From: Candidatus Heimdallarchaeota archaeon
GTDB taxonomy: Archaea; Asgardarchaeota; Heimdallarchaeia; Heimdallarchaeales; Heimdallarchaeaceae
Assembly: GCA_030603365.1 (NCBI GenBank)
Contig: JAUVXV010000006.1
Coordinates: forward strand, 32,001 to 96,000
DNA length: 64,000 nucleotides
Direction: 5' to 3'
Part shown: positions 9,808 through 19,326 of the stretch, one piece after another
Layout of the letters: the number at the start of each line of letters is the position of its first letter
Numbering within the stretch: the stretch's first letter is position 1
Made by a program: the position numbers and the translations under genes
Notes under the pieces: model-generated
What the model was told of the DNA's origin: nothing
Databases searched by the model: none
Seen by the model: the letters and a program-made list of their open reading frames with translations, nothing else

Positions 9808-10383
9808 TTATTTTGGAGCTAATTTTGCCATAGTTGCTGAATCATCGGTCTCGATGATGCCATGGTTTCTTAAATCATGTAGTGCTTTAATAATTGCTGC
9901 AGGTGTAAATCCTGTGGTTTTGACTAACTCATCTCTGGTCCAATCTTCTTTAGCTACTCCTTGAAGTAGTAAGAGAATCTTGGTATGAGGAGTAGCAGCA
10001 AAAACCTTTTCGAATAGAATTGTGTAGATAGCGAGTAATTCTTGAATATCTATGGTTTGTTCTTGTTCTTGAGTCATTTCTTCATACATTTTTCGTAGAC
10101 CTGACATCTGTTCCTCAACACTAGCTAACTGGTTCTTGTATGACTCAGCGTCTTTTAAAGCGTCACTAATCTTAGAATCTTTAGTTTCGTATTCTTGCTT
10201 CAGTTGAGTGAATTTCTCTTCAATTTCCTTCAATTTTGATTTTAAATCGGTATTTTCCTTAACAATGTCATCAGAAAAACTGGAGAGTTTGGTTAAAACT
10301 GAGGGTAATTCAGCAAATTTGTCCTTGATATGGGCATAAAGCTCAATAAACTCTTCTAAGGGGGTTTGCTCAGATTCGGACAT
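9808..10383 (-). CDS. Coiled-coil protein with C-terminal winged helix
   Basis: Heptad-rich residues ~25-110; C-terminal TRDELVKTTGFTPAAIIKALHDLRNHGII fits a wHTH pattern. Confidence 0.7.
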   Translation of the reverse strand: MSESEQTPLEEFIELYAHIKDKFAELPSVLTKLSSFSDDIVKENTDLKSKLKEIEEKFTQLKQEYETKDSKISDALKDAESYKNQLASVEEQMSGLRKMYEEMTQEQEQTIDIQELLAIYTILFEKVFAATPHTKILLLLQGVAKEDWTRDELVKTTGFTPAAIIKALHDLRNHGIIETDDSATMAKLAPK

Positions 10384-10481
10384 GTGTTTAACTCTTTGGT
10401 ATTCAATAATATTAATCTTGTGTCGGAGGTATCAACAACATTGGGAAAAACTTATTATTCCCTCACTCGAAACCACAAGGT

Positions 10482-11204
10482 ATGGACGCAATCTTACTCT
10501 GTGGTGGACTAGGTACACGTATTAGAACTGTAACCAAAGATAGTTATCCAAAAGCTATGGTACAGATAGTTGGTAAAACAATCTTAGAATGGGAAATGTC
10601 ATGGTTAAGAAAACATGGAGTAAATCATGCTATTCTTGCAGTTAGACATCTTGCAGAATATATAGAAGAACAGTTTGGCAGCACATATGAGACTGACTAT
10701 GGGGAAATAAGTGTGAGCTATAGTAAAGAACATGAAAGACTTGGCTCAGGAGGAGCTGTTAAGCTAGCTAAGAGTTATGTTTCAAGTTCTGATTTTATCA
10801 TCATGAATGGAGATATTGTCACAAATTTCGATTTAAAGGAGATGATATCTAATTTTCAGAAAGATAACAAAAAAGGATCAATTGCTATTACTAAAATGAG
10901 AAGTCCTTTTGGTATTGTAGAAATTACAGAAGATGACGATATAGTTGAATTCAAAGAGAAACCAATTCTAAATCACTGGATTCATGCTGGAGTTGATATT
11001 TTTAGAGAGGATGTTCTAGATAGGTTCCCTGACAGAGGTCAAATGGAAGAAACGATATTTGTAAAATTAGCAGAAGAAGATCAACTAAAAGCATACAGAA
11101 TAGACCAAAAGTATTTCTGGAGAAGTATCGATAATCCTAAAGATGTTCAAGAAACTGAAAAAGAGTGGCGTGGATTAGAACTAAAGGTTGACGCTGAGGG
11201 TTGA
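10482..11204 (+). CDS. Sugar-phosphate nucleotidyltransferase (NTP_transferase family)
   Basis: AILLCGGLGTR, PKAM, LGSGGAV, MNGDI, FKEKP. Confidence 0.92.
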   Translation: MDAILLCGGLGTRIRTVTKDSYPKAMVQIVGKTILEWEMSWLRKHGVNHAILAVRHLAEYIEEQFGSTYETDYGEISVSYSKEHERLGSGGAVKLAKSYVSSSDFIIMNGDIVTNFDLKEMISNFQKDNKKGSIAITKMRSPFGIVEITEDDDIVEFKEKPILNHWIHAGVDIFREDVLDRFPDRGQMEETIFVKLAEEDQLKAYRIDQKYFWRSIDNPKDVQETEKEWRGLELKVDAEG

Positions 11205-11990
11205 GGGGTCCCAGTCGAATCTTTTTTGAGTAAATGGAATCTCAAATCCTAAATCCAAATATAATTGTTCAGCACCAGAGTTATTTTGAGCTTGTAAACA
11301 AAATTGAGTATCAGGAGAATCGGCAATAATATCTGAAATATAATTTGATGTCATTTTTCTAGCGTATCCTTGTCTTCTAAAACGAGTTTTTGTACCTACA
11401 CCATAAAGACCAATGAAATTTTCATAACGAAAAGAGCAAAAACAACTAACATCTTTTCCAAAAGCTTTCCCTACAAAAAATTCGATACCATTTTTTATCT
11501 GTTCATTAACCATAGAGGTTATGTATTTTCTAAGATGACTAGGATAACTAAAAGAATCGAAGAAGGCATCTACCCATCGTTTAACATTCTTCAATGTAAG
11601 TAAATCAAGTTCTAGATTTGTATCTGGTGCAAGTTTCTCGCTTTTTTCACTTGACCAAGACATCAATGAAGTATCGATAGGATAGGTTATGAAATTTCGT
11701 TGTCGAAGAAGTTTGGAATTTTTTCTAAATGTATCATTGTAAAATACTTTAACTACAAAATATTCTTTCCCATCATTGAAATAAGAGAAGGTAAAATCTA
11801 AGAAATCTTCAAAATTTACCTCTCCAAAATGAGTTGGAGAGACATAACTATAAGTTTCAATTGCTTTATGCTTTACAAAATAACCAAAATCATTTTTCAC
11901 AACATCAGAATTAGGCATATAATGATAGAATCTAAATTCATTTAGTTCTAATATTTCCCTTAATTTTTGTTCTTCAGTCATGCTTGGCAT
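11181..11990 (-). CDS. GNAT-family N-acetyltransferase
   Basis: VGTKTRFRRQGYA acetyl-CoA motif A; LYLDLGF. Confidence 0.85.
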   Translation of the reverse strand: MPSMTEEQKLREILELNEFRFYHYMPNSDVVKNDFGYFVKHKAIETYSYVSPTHFGEVNFEDFLDFTFSYFNDGKEYFVVKVFYNDTFRKNSKLLRQRNFITYPIDTSLMSWSSEKSEKLAPDTNLELDLLTLKNVKRWVDAFFDSFSYPSHLRKYITSMVNEQIKNGIEFFVGKAFGKDVSCFCSFRYENFIGLYGVGTKTRFRRQGYARKMTSNYISDIIADSPDTQFCLQAQNNSGAEQLYLDLGFEIPFTQKRFDWDPSTLSVNL

Positions 11991-12084
11991 AGATTATGAA
12001 TAACATTTGTCGTACTGGCATATAAAAGAATTGAGGGAGAAGAAGGTATTATAGGGGTTTAAATAGGGAAGTCTAGGGAAAGAG

Positions 12085-13344
12085 ATGATGAACACTGTTC
12101 CTCGAGCAGAAGTCATGGAAACTAACCATCATCAAGCTTTGAGTAGGCTGTGTCATCAAACCAAAAATCTCTACAATCGAGCGAATTATCTGTGCAAGCA
12201 ACAGAGACAAAAACAAGGGTCGATTTATTCTTATTATGAACTAGATAAACGACTTAAAACTGAAGAATGTTATAAGGTTCTCCCAGCCCATACTGCACAA
12301 CACACACTGAAATTACTTATAAGAAACTGGAAAGCGTTCTTCCAAGCAATAAAAGAATGGAAAAAGCATCCTGGAAGGTTTTTCGGTCCTCCTCGCCCAC
12401 CTCACTACAAACCGTCGGATGGGGAGACGATTGCTATCATCTCCAATCAACAAGCAAAAATACGCAACGGATACCTCATCTTACCTAAGAAACTCCCCTT
12501 CACGATCAAAACAAGATTAAAAGCAACTGACAAGCTTCGAGAAGTACGGATCATCCCTCGTGGCGTAGGCTATACTGTAGAGATCATTTATAACAAACAT
12601 TTACCCAAACAAGTGCAGGAAAACAAGAAGAGAAAAGGTGCGCTAGATTTGGGTTTAACCAACCTCATTACCTTTGTGGATAATATCGGCTCACGCCCGA
12701 TTATTGTCAAGGACGAGGGGAAGGGAATAAAGTCAATAACTCAATATTATCTGAAGAAAACCAGTCTATTACAAGAGCAGTATGCACAACAGCAAAGAGT
12801 AAATCTTAAACAGAAAAACAACCTCAGATATGGTCCTGCTTATTATCAAGCTAAGGAACGGTGGAGAAGAAAAGTCAAAGATTGTTTCCATCACCTCAGT
12901 CGATTCTTAATAGAGTTGTGGGAACAACGGGGGTTACACACCATCTACATTGGCTACAATCCTCGCTGGAAACAGCAAGTAAGGTTGAGGAAGAAAACCA
13001 CTCAACTGTTCGTTCTCGTCCCATTTCACAAACTAATCACTCTTCTCAAATACAAAACTGAGGAGAAGGGGATAACGATTGAACTAGTCGATGAGAGTTA
13101 TACCTCCAAATGTAGTTTCTTAGATGATGAGTCTATTCAGAAACATACCAAGTATGCAGGAAAAAGGATTCAAAGAGGACTGTTTAAATCTAGTCAAGGT
13201 CATCTCATTAATGCTGATGTCAATGCAGCGTATAATATACTGATTAAAAGCGATCCGCAAGCACTTCCACCACGAAGTGTGGGCGGGGTAGGAGGATATG
13301 TGATTTATCCACTTAGAATGAGCTATCCAGCAATGAAGTTCTAG
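12085..13344 (+). CDS. tnpB: TnpB RNA-guided endonuclease, rearranged-RuvC type
   Basis: KNLYNRANY; GALDLGLTNL (RuvC-I); IYIGYN with G at the canonical E position; VDESYTSKCS (alternative E); NADVNAAYNI (RuvC-III). Confidence 0.93.
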   Translation: MMNTVPRAEVMETNHHQALSRLCHQTKNLYNRANYLCKQQRQKQGSIYSYYELDKRLKTEECYKVLPAHTAQHTLKLLIRNWKAFFQAIKEWKKHPGRFFGPPRPPHYKPSDGETIAIISNQQAKIRNGYLILPKKLPFTIKTRLKATDKLREVRIIPRGVGYTVEIIYNKHLPKQVQENKKRKGALDLGLTNLITFVDNIGSRPIIVKDEGKGIKSITQYYLKKTSLLQEQYAQQQRVNLKQKNNLRYGPAYYQAKERWRRKVKDCFHHLSRFLIELWEQRGLHTIYIGYNPRWKQQVRLRKKTTQLFVLVPFHKLITLLKYKTEEKGITIELVDESYTSKCSFLDDESIQKHTKYAGKRIQRGLFKSSQGHLINADVNAAYNILIKSDPQALPPRSVGGVGGYVIYPLRMSYPAMKF

Positions 13345-13386
13345 GAAAGATAATGTTACTATGCTAATATGACATAATCAAATCAT
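13226..13386 (+). ncRNA. Predicted omega-RNA scaffold of the solo tnpB; guide would start at 13387
   Basis: Hairpins GCACTTC/GAAGTGT and GGATA/TATCC overlap the tnpB 3' end and are conserved with covariation in the 42.1-kb copy. Confidence 0.65.
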
Positions 13387-13482
13387 TGTCTAATTTCTTA
13401 TAAGTAAAAATAAAGCTTAGCATTTGTCTTCACTAAATGATACTCGAGCAAAAAAGATTTAAAGAACTGTTTTTTCTGAAGA

Positions 13483-13788
13483 TTGACAGATATGAGTTTC
13501 AGAAATAATCAGGAAACAAAAAGAGAGTTTTTCATACAGCTTATTAGAGGAGCTGCTGGTGCAGTCATACTGTTAATATTACTGGGTTTCTGGCTTGGTT
13601 GGGACAGCATTTATGTTTGGTTCTATAACCAAGTAGTTCATATTCCTAAAGAGGTAAGAGTTGGAGATCCGCTCTTGCTAGGATGGTTAATATTTCTGTT
13701 CCCATTATTAGCAGCAGGGATTGGTTTACTTGTATCTGGAGGTATAAAAGCATACAAATTAGCAATACCACCTAAAGAAAAAGACTAA
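13483..13788 (+). CDS. Small two-TM membrane protein
   Basis: Two hydrophobic helices; followed by a T-rich terminator. Confidence 0.65.
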   Translation: MTDMSFRNNQETKREFFIQLIRGAAGAVILLILLGFWLGWDSIYVWFYNQVVHIPKEVRVGDPLLLGWLIFLFPLLAAGIGLLVSGGIKAYKLAIPPKEKD

Positions 13789-13827
13789 AGTTTCTCTTCT
13801 TTTTCATGTTTATAGCAAAAAGGTAAA

Positions 13828-14310
13828 ATGAGCATATTTTTTCCATTAATCATGAGTAACTATATTGAAAAAAGTTTAGGGATTAATGATTTCTGTTTTG
13901 GTTGTGGTGAGAGCAATCCTATAGGAGCAAAATTATCTTTTTTCAAGATTTCTGATAAGTCAGTAGGTTCGAAATTTCTTGTACCGAACACCTGGGGTGG
14001 ATGGGGTAAAATTGTTCATGGAGGCCTTCAAACCGTTCTAATGGATGAGGTTTCAGGATGGGCTGTTATAACTTTGCTAGAAGAACCTTGTTTAACAATA
14101 AATGTTGAAATGCAATTTTTCAGTCCATTATACGTTGAAGAAGAAGTAGAAATAATTGGAGAGATTGTAGAAAAGAATGAAAAAGACATTCTTGTCAAAA
14201 GCTATCTAAAGAATAAAGAGGGGCAGGTTTGTACTAAAGGTCTTTTTACATTTAGAAAAGTAAAAAAGGAAAAGATAGAACAAATAGCTGGTATCAAGTT
14301 TAGCAGCTAG
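13828..14310 (+). CDS. PaaI-family hotdog thioesterase
   Basis: CFGCGESNPIG and HGGLQTVLMDE. Confidence 0.88.
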   Translation: MSIFFPLIMSNYIEKSLGINDFCFGCGESNPIGAKLSFFKISDKSVGSKFLVPNTWGGWGKIVHGGLQTVLMDEVSGWAVITLLEEPCLTINVEMQFFSPLYVEEEVEIIGEIVEKNEKDILVKSYLKNKEGQVCTKGLFTFRKVKKEKIEQIAGIKFSS

Positions 14311-14521
14311 TGTGTTCAATTGCCTCTACTGGACATGCGCCTACACAAGCACAGCATTCTATACAATCATCAACATTAGGCGCAGTAGATTTGTTATCAA
14401 CCAACACAAAAACATCTGATGGACAAACATCAACGCAATCTCCAGCTCCAACACATTTGTCATGATCGATTTTTATTACCCAGTCATCAGAAACATATTC
14501 CTTAACTACCATTATAATCAA
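14300..14521 (-). CDS. Dicluster ferredoxin
   Basis: CVGAGDCVDVCP and CIECCACVGACP. Confidence 0.92.
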   Translation of the reverse strand: MIIMVVKEYVSDDWVIKIDHDKCVGAGDCVDVCPSDVFVLVDNKSTAPNVDDCIECCACVGACPVEAIEHTSC

Positions 14522-14578
14522 GATGTGTTGTACATTCTTGCTTTTATACTTTATCTTAAGTTTTCAATGCTTGAACAT

Positions 14579-14977
14579 TTACGTGATTTGATAAAGTGGG
14601 TGGTAGTAGAATATAGACCAAATGGTTAGAACAATCTGAACAATTGATAGAACTAATATTATTCCTAAGATGATTTTTGAGATAGGTAGAGTGAATTCAG
14701 GTTTTCCTTTTCTTATAAAATAGAGATGTATAAAGAATGCAAAGAAACCCCCAACGCAGAGAATAATAGAAAGAATCATCCCTGTCAGCGAGGGGTTAAA
14801 AACCTCAATTAGACCATAGAGAATTAGACCTAACATAGGGATATGGATACACAGGAATCCTGTTAAACCTCCCCCTAACTTAAAGAGCTCCCACTCTTTC
14901 CAATAAGCAGATTCTATTTCGTGAATTATTAGGAAAATAGCATTAACAAAGTATATCCAAGCTACAACTTCTAACAT
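14579..14977 (-). CDS. Four-TM membrane protein with HExE...EW motif (DUF6713/HXXEE-like)
   Basis: IHEIESAYWKEWELF plus 4 TM helices, with conserved-looking His residues. Confidence 0.7.
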   Translation of the reverse strand: MLEVVAWIYFVNAIFLIIHEIESAYWKEWELFKLGGGLTGFLCIHIPMLGLILYGLIEVFNPSLTGMILSIILCVGGFFAFFIHLYFIRKGKPEFTLPISKIILGIILVLSIVQIVLTIWSIFYYHPLYQIT

Positions 14978-15059
14978 AGTAGACTCTTTTTTCTAAGACG
15001 TATTAATTCTTTGCCCTAAAATGCGAAAAATTAATTATCTCTTACGAGTCTTGTAAACC

Positions 15060-15812
15060 ATGTCATTTGAAGGTAAAACTGTTATTGTTACAGGTGCAAG
15101 TTCAGGAATTGGTTTGGCAACTGTTAGATCTTTTCAAAGAAAAGGTGCAGATGTACTAATGGTCGCAAGATCAGCTGGAAGATTAGAGGAAATTGCCAAA
15201 GAATTAGGTACTAGGTTCATTGCAACTGATGTAACAGATGAAGGAGCAGCTGAGAGAGTTATTGGTGAGGCAGTAATGGAATCTGGTAAAATTAATGTAT
15301 TAATCAACTCAGCAGGTATTCTACGTACTGGGAATATCATGAGTACTCCTATCCATGAATTTGATTACATGATGAACATCAATTTGAGGTCAGTTTTTCT
15401 TCTAATGCAGACAGCTTTACCTTTTCTAAAAGAGAGCAAGGGGAATATCGTTAATGTTTCTAGTGTAACAGGTTTGAGAGCTTTTCCCAACATCTTATCT
15501 TACTGTGTAAGCAAAGCAGGTCTTGATCACTTAACTAGATGTTCGGCACTTGAATTAGCAGAATTTGGAGTACGTGTAAATGCAGTTAACCCTGGAGTAG
15601 TCATAACCAGTTTGCATAAAGAGAGTGGGATGAACGATAAGAGGTATGAAGAATTCCTCGAACACAGTAAAACAACACATCCATTAGGAAGAGTTGGAAC
15701 CCCTGATGAAATAGCAGATTTGATTCTATTCCTTGCTTCAGACAAAGCCTTGTGGATAACTGGTGAAACTGTAAGTATAGATGGAGGAAGATCCCTAACT
15801 TGTTTCCGTTAG
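15060..15812 (+). CDS. Classical short-chain dehydrogenase/reductase
   Basis: TGASSGIG, NSAG, NVSS, YCVSK, VNAVNPG, ITGETVSIDGG. Confidence 0.95.
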   Translation: MSFEGKTVIVTGASSGIGLATVRSFQRKGADVLMVARSAGRLEEIAKELGTRFIATDVTDEGAAERVIGEAVMESGKINVLINSAGILRTGNIMSTPIHEFDYMMNINLRSVFLLMQTALPFLKESKGNIVNVSSVTGLRAFPNILSYCVSKAGLDHLTRCSALELAEFGVRVNAVNPGVVITSLHKESGMNDKRYEEFLEHSKTTHPLGRVGTPDEIADLILFLASDKALWITGETVSIDGGRSLTCFR

Positions 15813-17257
15813 AGATTATATTTTTCTCCCAGCTTCTTTAAAATTACATCACCATGTAGAGAGCTGAAATCAGCTGGTTTCTCGGTATGAATAGGCATTA
15901 CACTCTTAGGATTAATTTTCCTAATCATCTCTTTAAGATCATATCCAGAAGCATGTCCAGAGCAGTGAAGTTGTTTGTAAGGGTATAATCCAAAGTATTT
16001 TAGCCAGTTGTCAACTTTCCTTTGGTCAAGTTCCATTTCTTCGTCAATAGGTTCTGTTACAGAACGAATGTAAATAGAATCTTTTGGAGGTTGTATATCA
16101 AAAAGATACTTCAATTCTGCAAAATCACACCTGAATATGTACTTATCGGGATTCTCATGAATCTCAGCAGCTGTAACACTATTAGGATGTTCAATGAACT
16201 CATTTTCCCAGGATTGGTAATCCTGCATTTGAATTTCTATTGGATAGTTAATATTGTTAAGAATCCCCCATCCTTTCTTTGGTATGAAAATCCCTACCTC
16301 ATCTACTCTTGGGATATTAGTAACTCCATTCTCTTCAAGTAATCTGAGAGTATAAGCCTGTCTTAAACTAATGATTAATGAGCGATCATTATGTTTTGCA
16401 GCTTCGATGAAAGATCGCATTCTGTCTAAGTCTCTGACTGGGAAGTTGACAATAACTAAACCAGTAACTGTTTCAATCAAAGGAAAGAGGTCTTGTTGTA
16501 AATCTAACTCTCCAAAGGTAGTTGGTTCATCAATATTGGTTCCCTCACTAATTATTAACACAGGATCGAATGATGCAGCTTTCTCAACGAAGGTATCACT
16601 GAGATCACCTTTTCGTCCATGAAATCTAATATCACCAGTATAAACTATTGAGCCTTCAGAAGTTTCAATAACAAAGGAATTTGAACCAGGAACGGAATGA
16701 TCTACTGGGAAGGGATGAATAGTAAATTCATCTAGTTTGAAAGATGGTTTAAAAAGATTAATTTCACGAGGGATAGTAGAAGTTCTATCCTTAACCATCT
16801 TTGTAGCATCTCGTTTACTCTCACGAAATTTGAAAGCTTCTTTTATTCTAGTATATTCATGAAATCCCCAAGAGGTCTGTTCGAAGGATTGTAAAATTCC
16901 TTTGCATCCTGGAGAACAATAAATAGGTATTTCTGGTCGAAGATAAGAAACAAACCCAGCATGATCTAAATGAGGATGTGATAATATAACTCCATCATAT
17001 TTAGCTTCTTTACTACTTTCTCTGAATCTTCCTTCGTAATCTTGACGGTAAAGTCCAGTTAAATCTGGTAGTAAGCCCAAATTCATGTAGTCCTTAATGA
17101 AACTCCAGCGTCTTGGTTGCAAATAAGGAGAAAAATAATCACCATATTTTCCAAAACTTAAACCAAAATCAAAGAAGAGTTTAGTTGAACCATCCTCTAT
17201 AAGAATCTTATTCCCACCAATTTCTCCTACTGCCCCATGCAAAGTTATGGATGTCAT
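15809..17257 (-). CDS. Metallo-beta-lactamase/beta-CASP hydrolase (RNase J-like)
   Basis: GEIGGN, SHPHLDH, VDHS, YTGD, HCSGHA, PIHTE. Confidence 0.88.
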   Translation of the reverse strand: MTSITLHGAVGEIGGNKILIEDGSTKLFFDFGLSFGKYGDYFSPYLQPRRWSFIKDYMNLGLLPDLTGLYRQDYEGRFRESSKEAKYDGVILSHPHLDHAGFVSYLRPEIPIYCSPGCKGILQSFEQTSWGFHEYTRIKEAFKFRESKRDATKMVKDRTSTIPREINLFKPSFKLDEFTIHPFPVDHSVPGSNSFVIETSEGSIVYTGDIRFHGRKGDLSDTFVEKAASFDPVLIISEGTNIDEPTTFGELDLQQDLFPLIETVTGLVIVNFPVRDLDRMRSFIEAAKHNDRSLIISLRQAYTLRLLEENGVTNIPRVDEVGIFIPKKGWGILNNINYPIEIQMQDYQSWENEFIEHPNSVTAAEIHENPDKYIFRCDFAELKYLFDIQPPKDSIYIRSVTEPIDEEMELDQRKVDNWLKYFGLYPYKQLHCSGHASGYDLKEMIRKINPKSVMPIHTEKPADFSSLHGDVILKKLGEKYNL

Positions 17258-17341
17258 ATCGATTAACTATAGTCTTTTTCCGTTTTAAAATATGTGGACA
17301 GAAAATGACACCTTAAAAAAAGAAAAAAGGAGAATTCCAGA

Positions 17342-18331
17342 TTATTTTCTAGATACTATAATCTCCAGTACATCTTTATCAGCAAGAACATGATCTAAAC
17401 CTACTTTTTGACCCTCAAACTCGACAGATGTTCCCCAAACTCTACCATATCTAAAGTGTTTCAGAAAACTAGTATGAATTCTCTTTGTGACATCTGTGAC
17501 AGTTGATTCCTCTGGGAGCACGAAGGGTTTCGCTAAATCAGCTTTTCCTCCAGGTTTCTTGGTATATACTCTAATGACATCCAACTGTTCAAAGAGCTTC
17601 TCTTTCAGATTTTCTAAAGTATCTTCCGACTTGATAGTTATTGGATAAACATCCAAATCTGTCTTATTGAGAAGTTCTTGATAACGTTCTTTGGAATTAG
17701 GTAAGTCTCCTTTAGTAGCGATAATAGCAATTTTATAGGGAGTTTCGTTGTCTATTATCAGTTTAGCATCCTCTAATTGCTTCATTAAGAAATGATATTG
17801 TCTATCAATGTCCATTGAGAGATCAATAACCATCATAATAGCATCGCTAGTTCTGGTGACTCTTACAATTTGTTTACTAGTATTCCAATCTTCTTTGAAA
17901 TCCAAGAATCCAGGTAAATCAACTATTTGGATACGTAAATCCTCGTACTCACAAGTTCCAGCTAAGGCTTCTCGAGTTGTATGAAGATAAGCTCCTGTCT
18001 TAACATCTGTATTAGTGATAGCATTCATCAAAGTGCTTTTTCCCACATTGGAAAGACCAAATAGAGCAATTCTACCATCTCCTGAACTGGGAATGTGAAA
18101 TGGGTCATATTGACGGCCTTTTGCTTTGGGTTTCTCTTTGAGCTCTGCGATCATATTTTCAAGTTCTCTAAGTTGAATCTTGAAAACACCAAGTTTATCG
18201 AGCTTTTTCTCTTTGATATCTTCTATAATATCCTCTAATTCAGCGACTAATTCTTCTCCTTCAAGATTTCTTATTCTTCTTGCGATATTAAATCTATACC
18301 ACTTAAGTTTGGTATAACGATTAGTACTCAT
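17342..18331 (-). CDS. DRG/OBG-family GTPase with TGS domain
   Basis: GLSNVGKST, DLPG, TKGD, IRVYTK, GQKVGLDHVLADKDV. Confidence 0.92.
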   Translation of the reverse strand: MSTNRYTKLKWYRFNIARRIRNLEGEELVAELEDIIEDIKEKKLDKLGVFKIQLRELENMIAELKEKPKAKGRQYDPFHIPSSGDGRIALFGLSNVGKSTLMNAITNTDVKTGAYLHTTREALAGTCEYEDLRIQIVDLPGFLDFKEDWNTSKQIVRVTRTSDAIMMVIDLSMDIDRQYHFLMKQLEDAKLIIDNETPYKIAIIATKGDLPNSKERYQELLNKTDLDVYPITIKSEDTLENLKEKLFEQLDVIRVYTKKPGGKADLAKPFVLPEESTVTDVTKRIHTSFLKHFRYGRVWGTSVEFEGQKVGLDHVLADKDVLEIIVSRK

Positions 18332-18643
18332 TATATCACCTCATATATCTCGTGATTTTTTTTAATTGTTTCGTGAAATCTGCACATTATTAGCTCTGAA
18401 TTGTGAAGTAGAAGTAAATTCATCGTTGAGATGATTTAATACAGAAAATCAAAACTGGAAAAATCAGACAACAATGTAAACTACCCGCTACTAATTCAGA
18501 ACAATTTGAACTATTAGCGCGAGTTCCCCTCGCATGAAATTATATACAGAGCACAGGAGTTGACATTGTTATCACATCTATTATTGTAGAAACAAATAAA
18601 AAACTTCTGAATTGAAATAATAAAAGAAAATGGGAAAAAAGAA

Positions 18644-18889
18644 CTATTGATCAACACAAATCATGGTCATAGTAGATCTTACTTTTTCAAGAACTCTGAG
18701 ATTCTCTGTAACTATCTTTTTCAAAGAATCAGTGTCTTCTGCTTCAATCTTAGCAATAAGATCATAAACACCATAAACTATGTGTACCTCAGACACATTA
18801 GGCATTTCCTTGAGTTGAGTCATAACACTACTTTCTTCGCCAATCTCGCAATTTATCAGAATGTAAGCTGATGCCATTCTTTTATTCAC
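18644..18889 (-). CDS. Stand-alone Lrp/AsnC ligand-binding (RAM) domain protein
   Basis: AYILIN...VYGVYDLIAKI...VRSTMT. Confidence 0.88.
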   Translation of the reverse strand: MNKRMASAYILINCEIGEESSVMTQLKEMPNVSEVHIVYGVYDLIAKIEAEDTDSLKKIVTENLRVLEKVRSTMTMICVDQ

Positions 18890-19101
18890 CGAGCAGAAAA
18901 TAATAAAAGGTTTATAAAAACATTACGCATTCTATACTTTTAAAGACAAAAATAAGAGTAACAGTTCATTGTTAATGAACAGGGATGGGTAGAGAGATAA
19001 AAACGAGGAACAGAGAGAAGCAATTAAACTATCAATCAGAATTATTACAATAAAGGTCATGATAAACATAATACTAGAAAAAAATAGAGAGTGATAATGG
19101 T

Positions 19102-19278
19102 ATGAGTTCTTTTCGTGCTTATTATGAATCACCGATAGGTTTCATAGAGATCACAAGCGATGATACATTCGTAACTAGTTGTAATTTTGTTGAGGAGAAA
19201 GATTACGAAACTGAAATCCCAACAGTTTTAGCAGAAGCTTTAGCTCAAATTGATGAGTATTTCCAAAAAGAAAGAACG
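19102..19278 (+). pseudogene. ogt: ogt 5' part (O6-methylguanine-DNA methyltransferase), interrupted by IS
   Basis: YYESPIG...QIDEYFQKERT joins in frame to VFEL at 21995. Confidence 0.9.
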
Positions 19279-19326
19279 CACGTTATGAAACTTGGTTAAA
19301 CTTACTAGAAGGAGTCTAACCGTCGT

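Larger units (their letters stand above)
12035..13386 (+). mobile_element. IS200/IS605-family (IS1341-like, tnpB-only) element; left end approximate
   Basis: Solo tnpB with higher GC than its flanks. Right end set where similarity to the 42111-42295 copy stops (...ATCAT at 13386). Confidence 0.7.

Noticed and set aside
18488-18535. Two small hairpins in the 300-bp gap upstream of the DRG GTPase (possible ncRNA or SECIS)
   Set aside because: Stems are short or imperfect, with no recognisable family motif and no second copy for covariation
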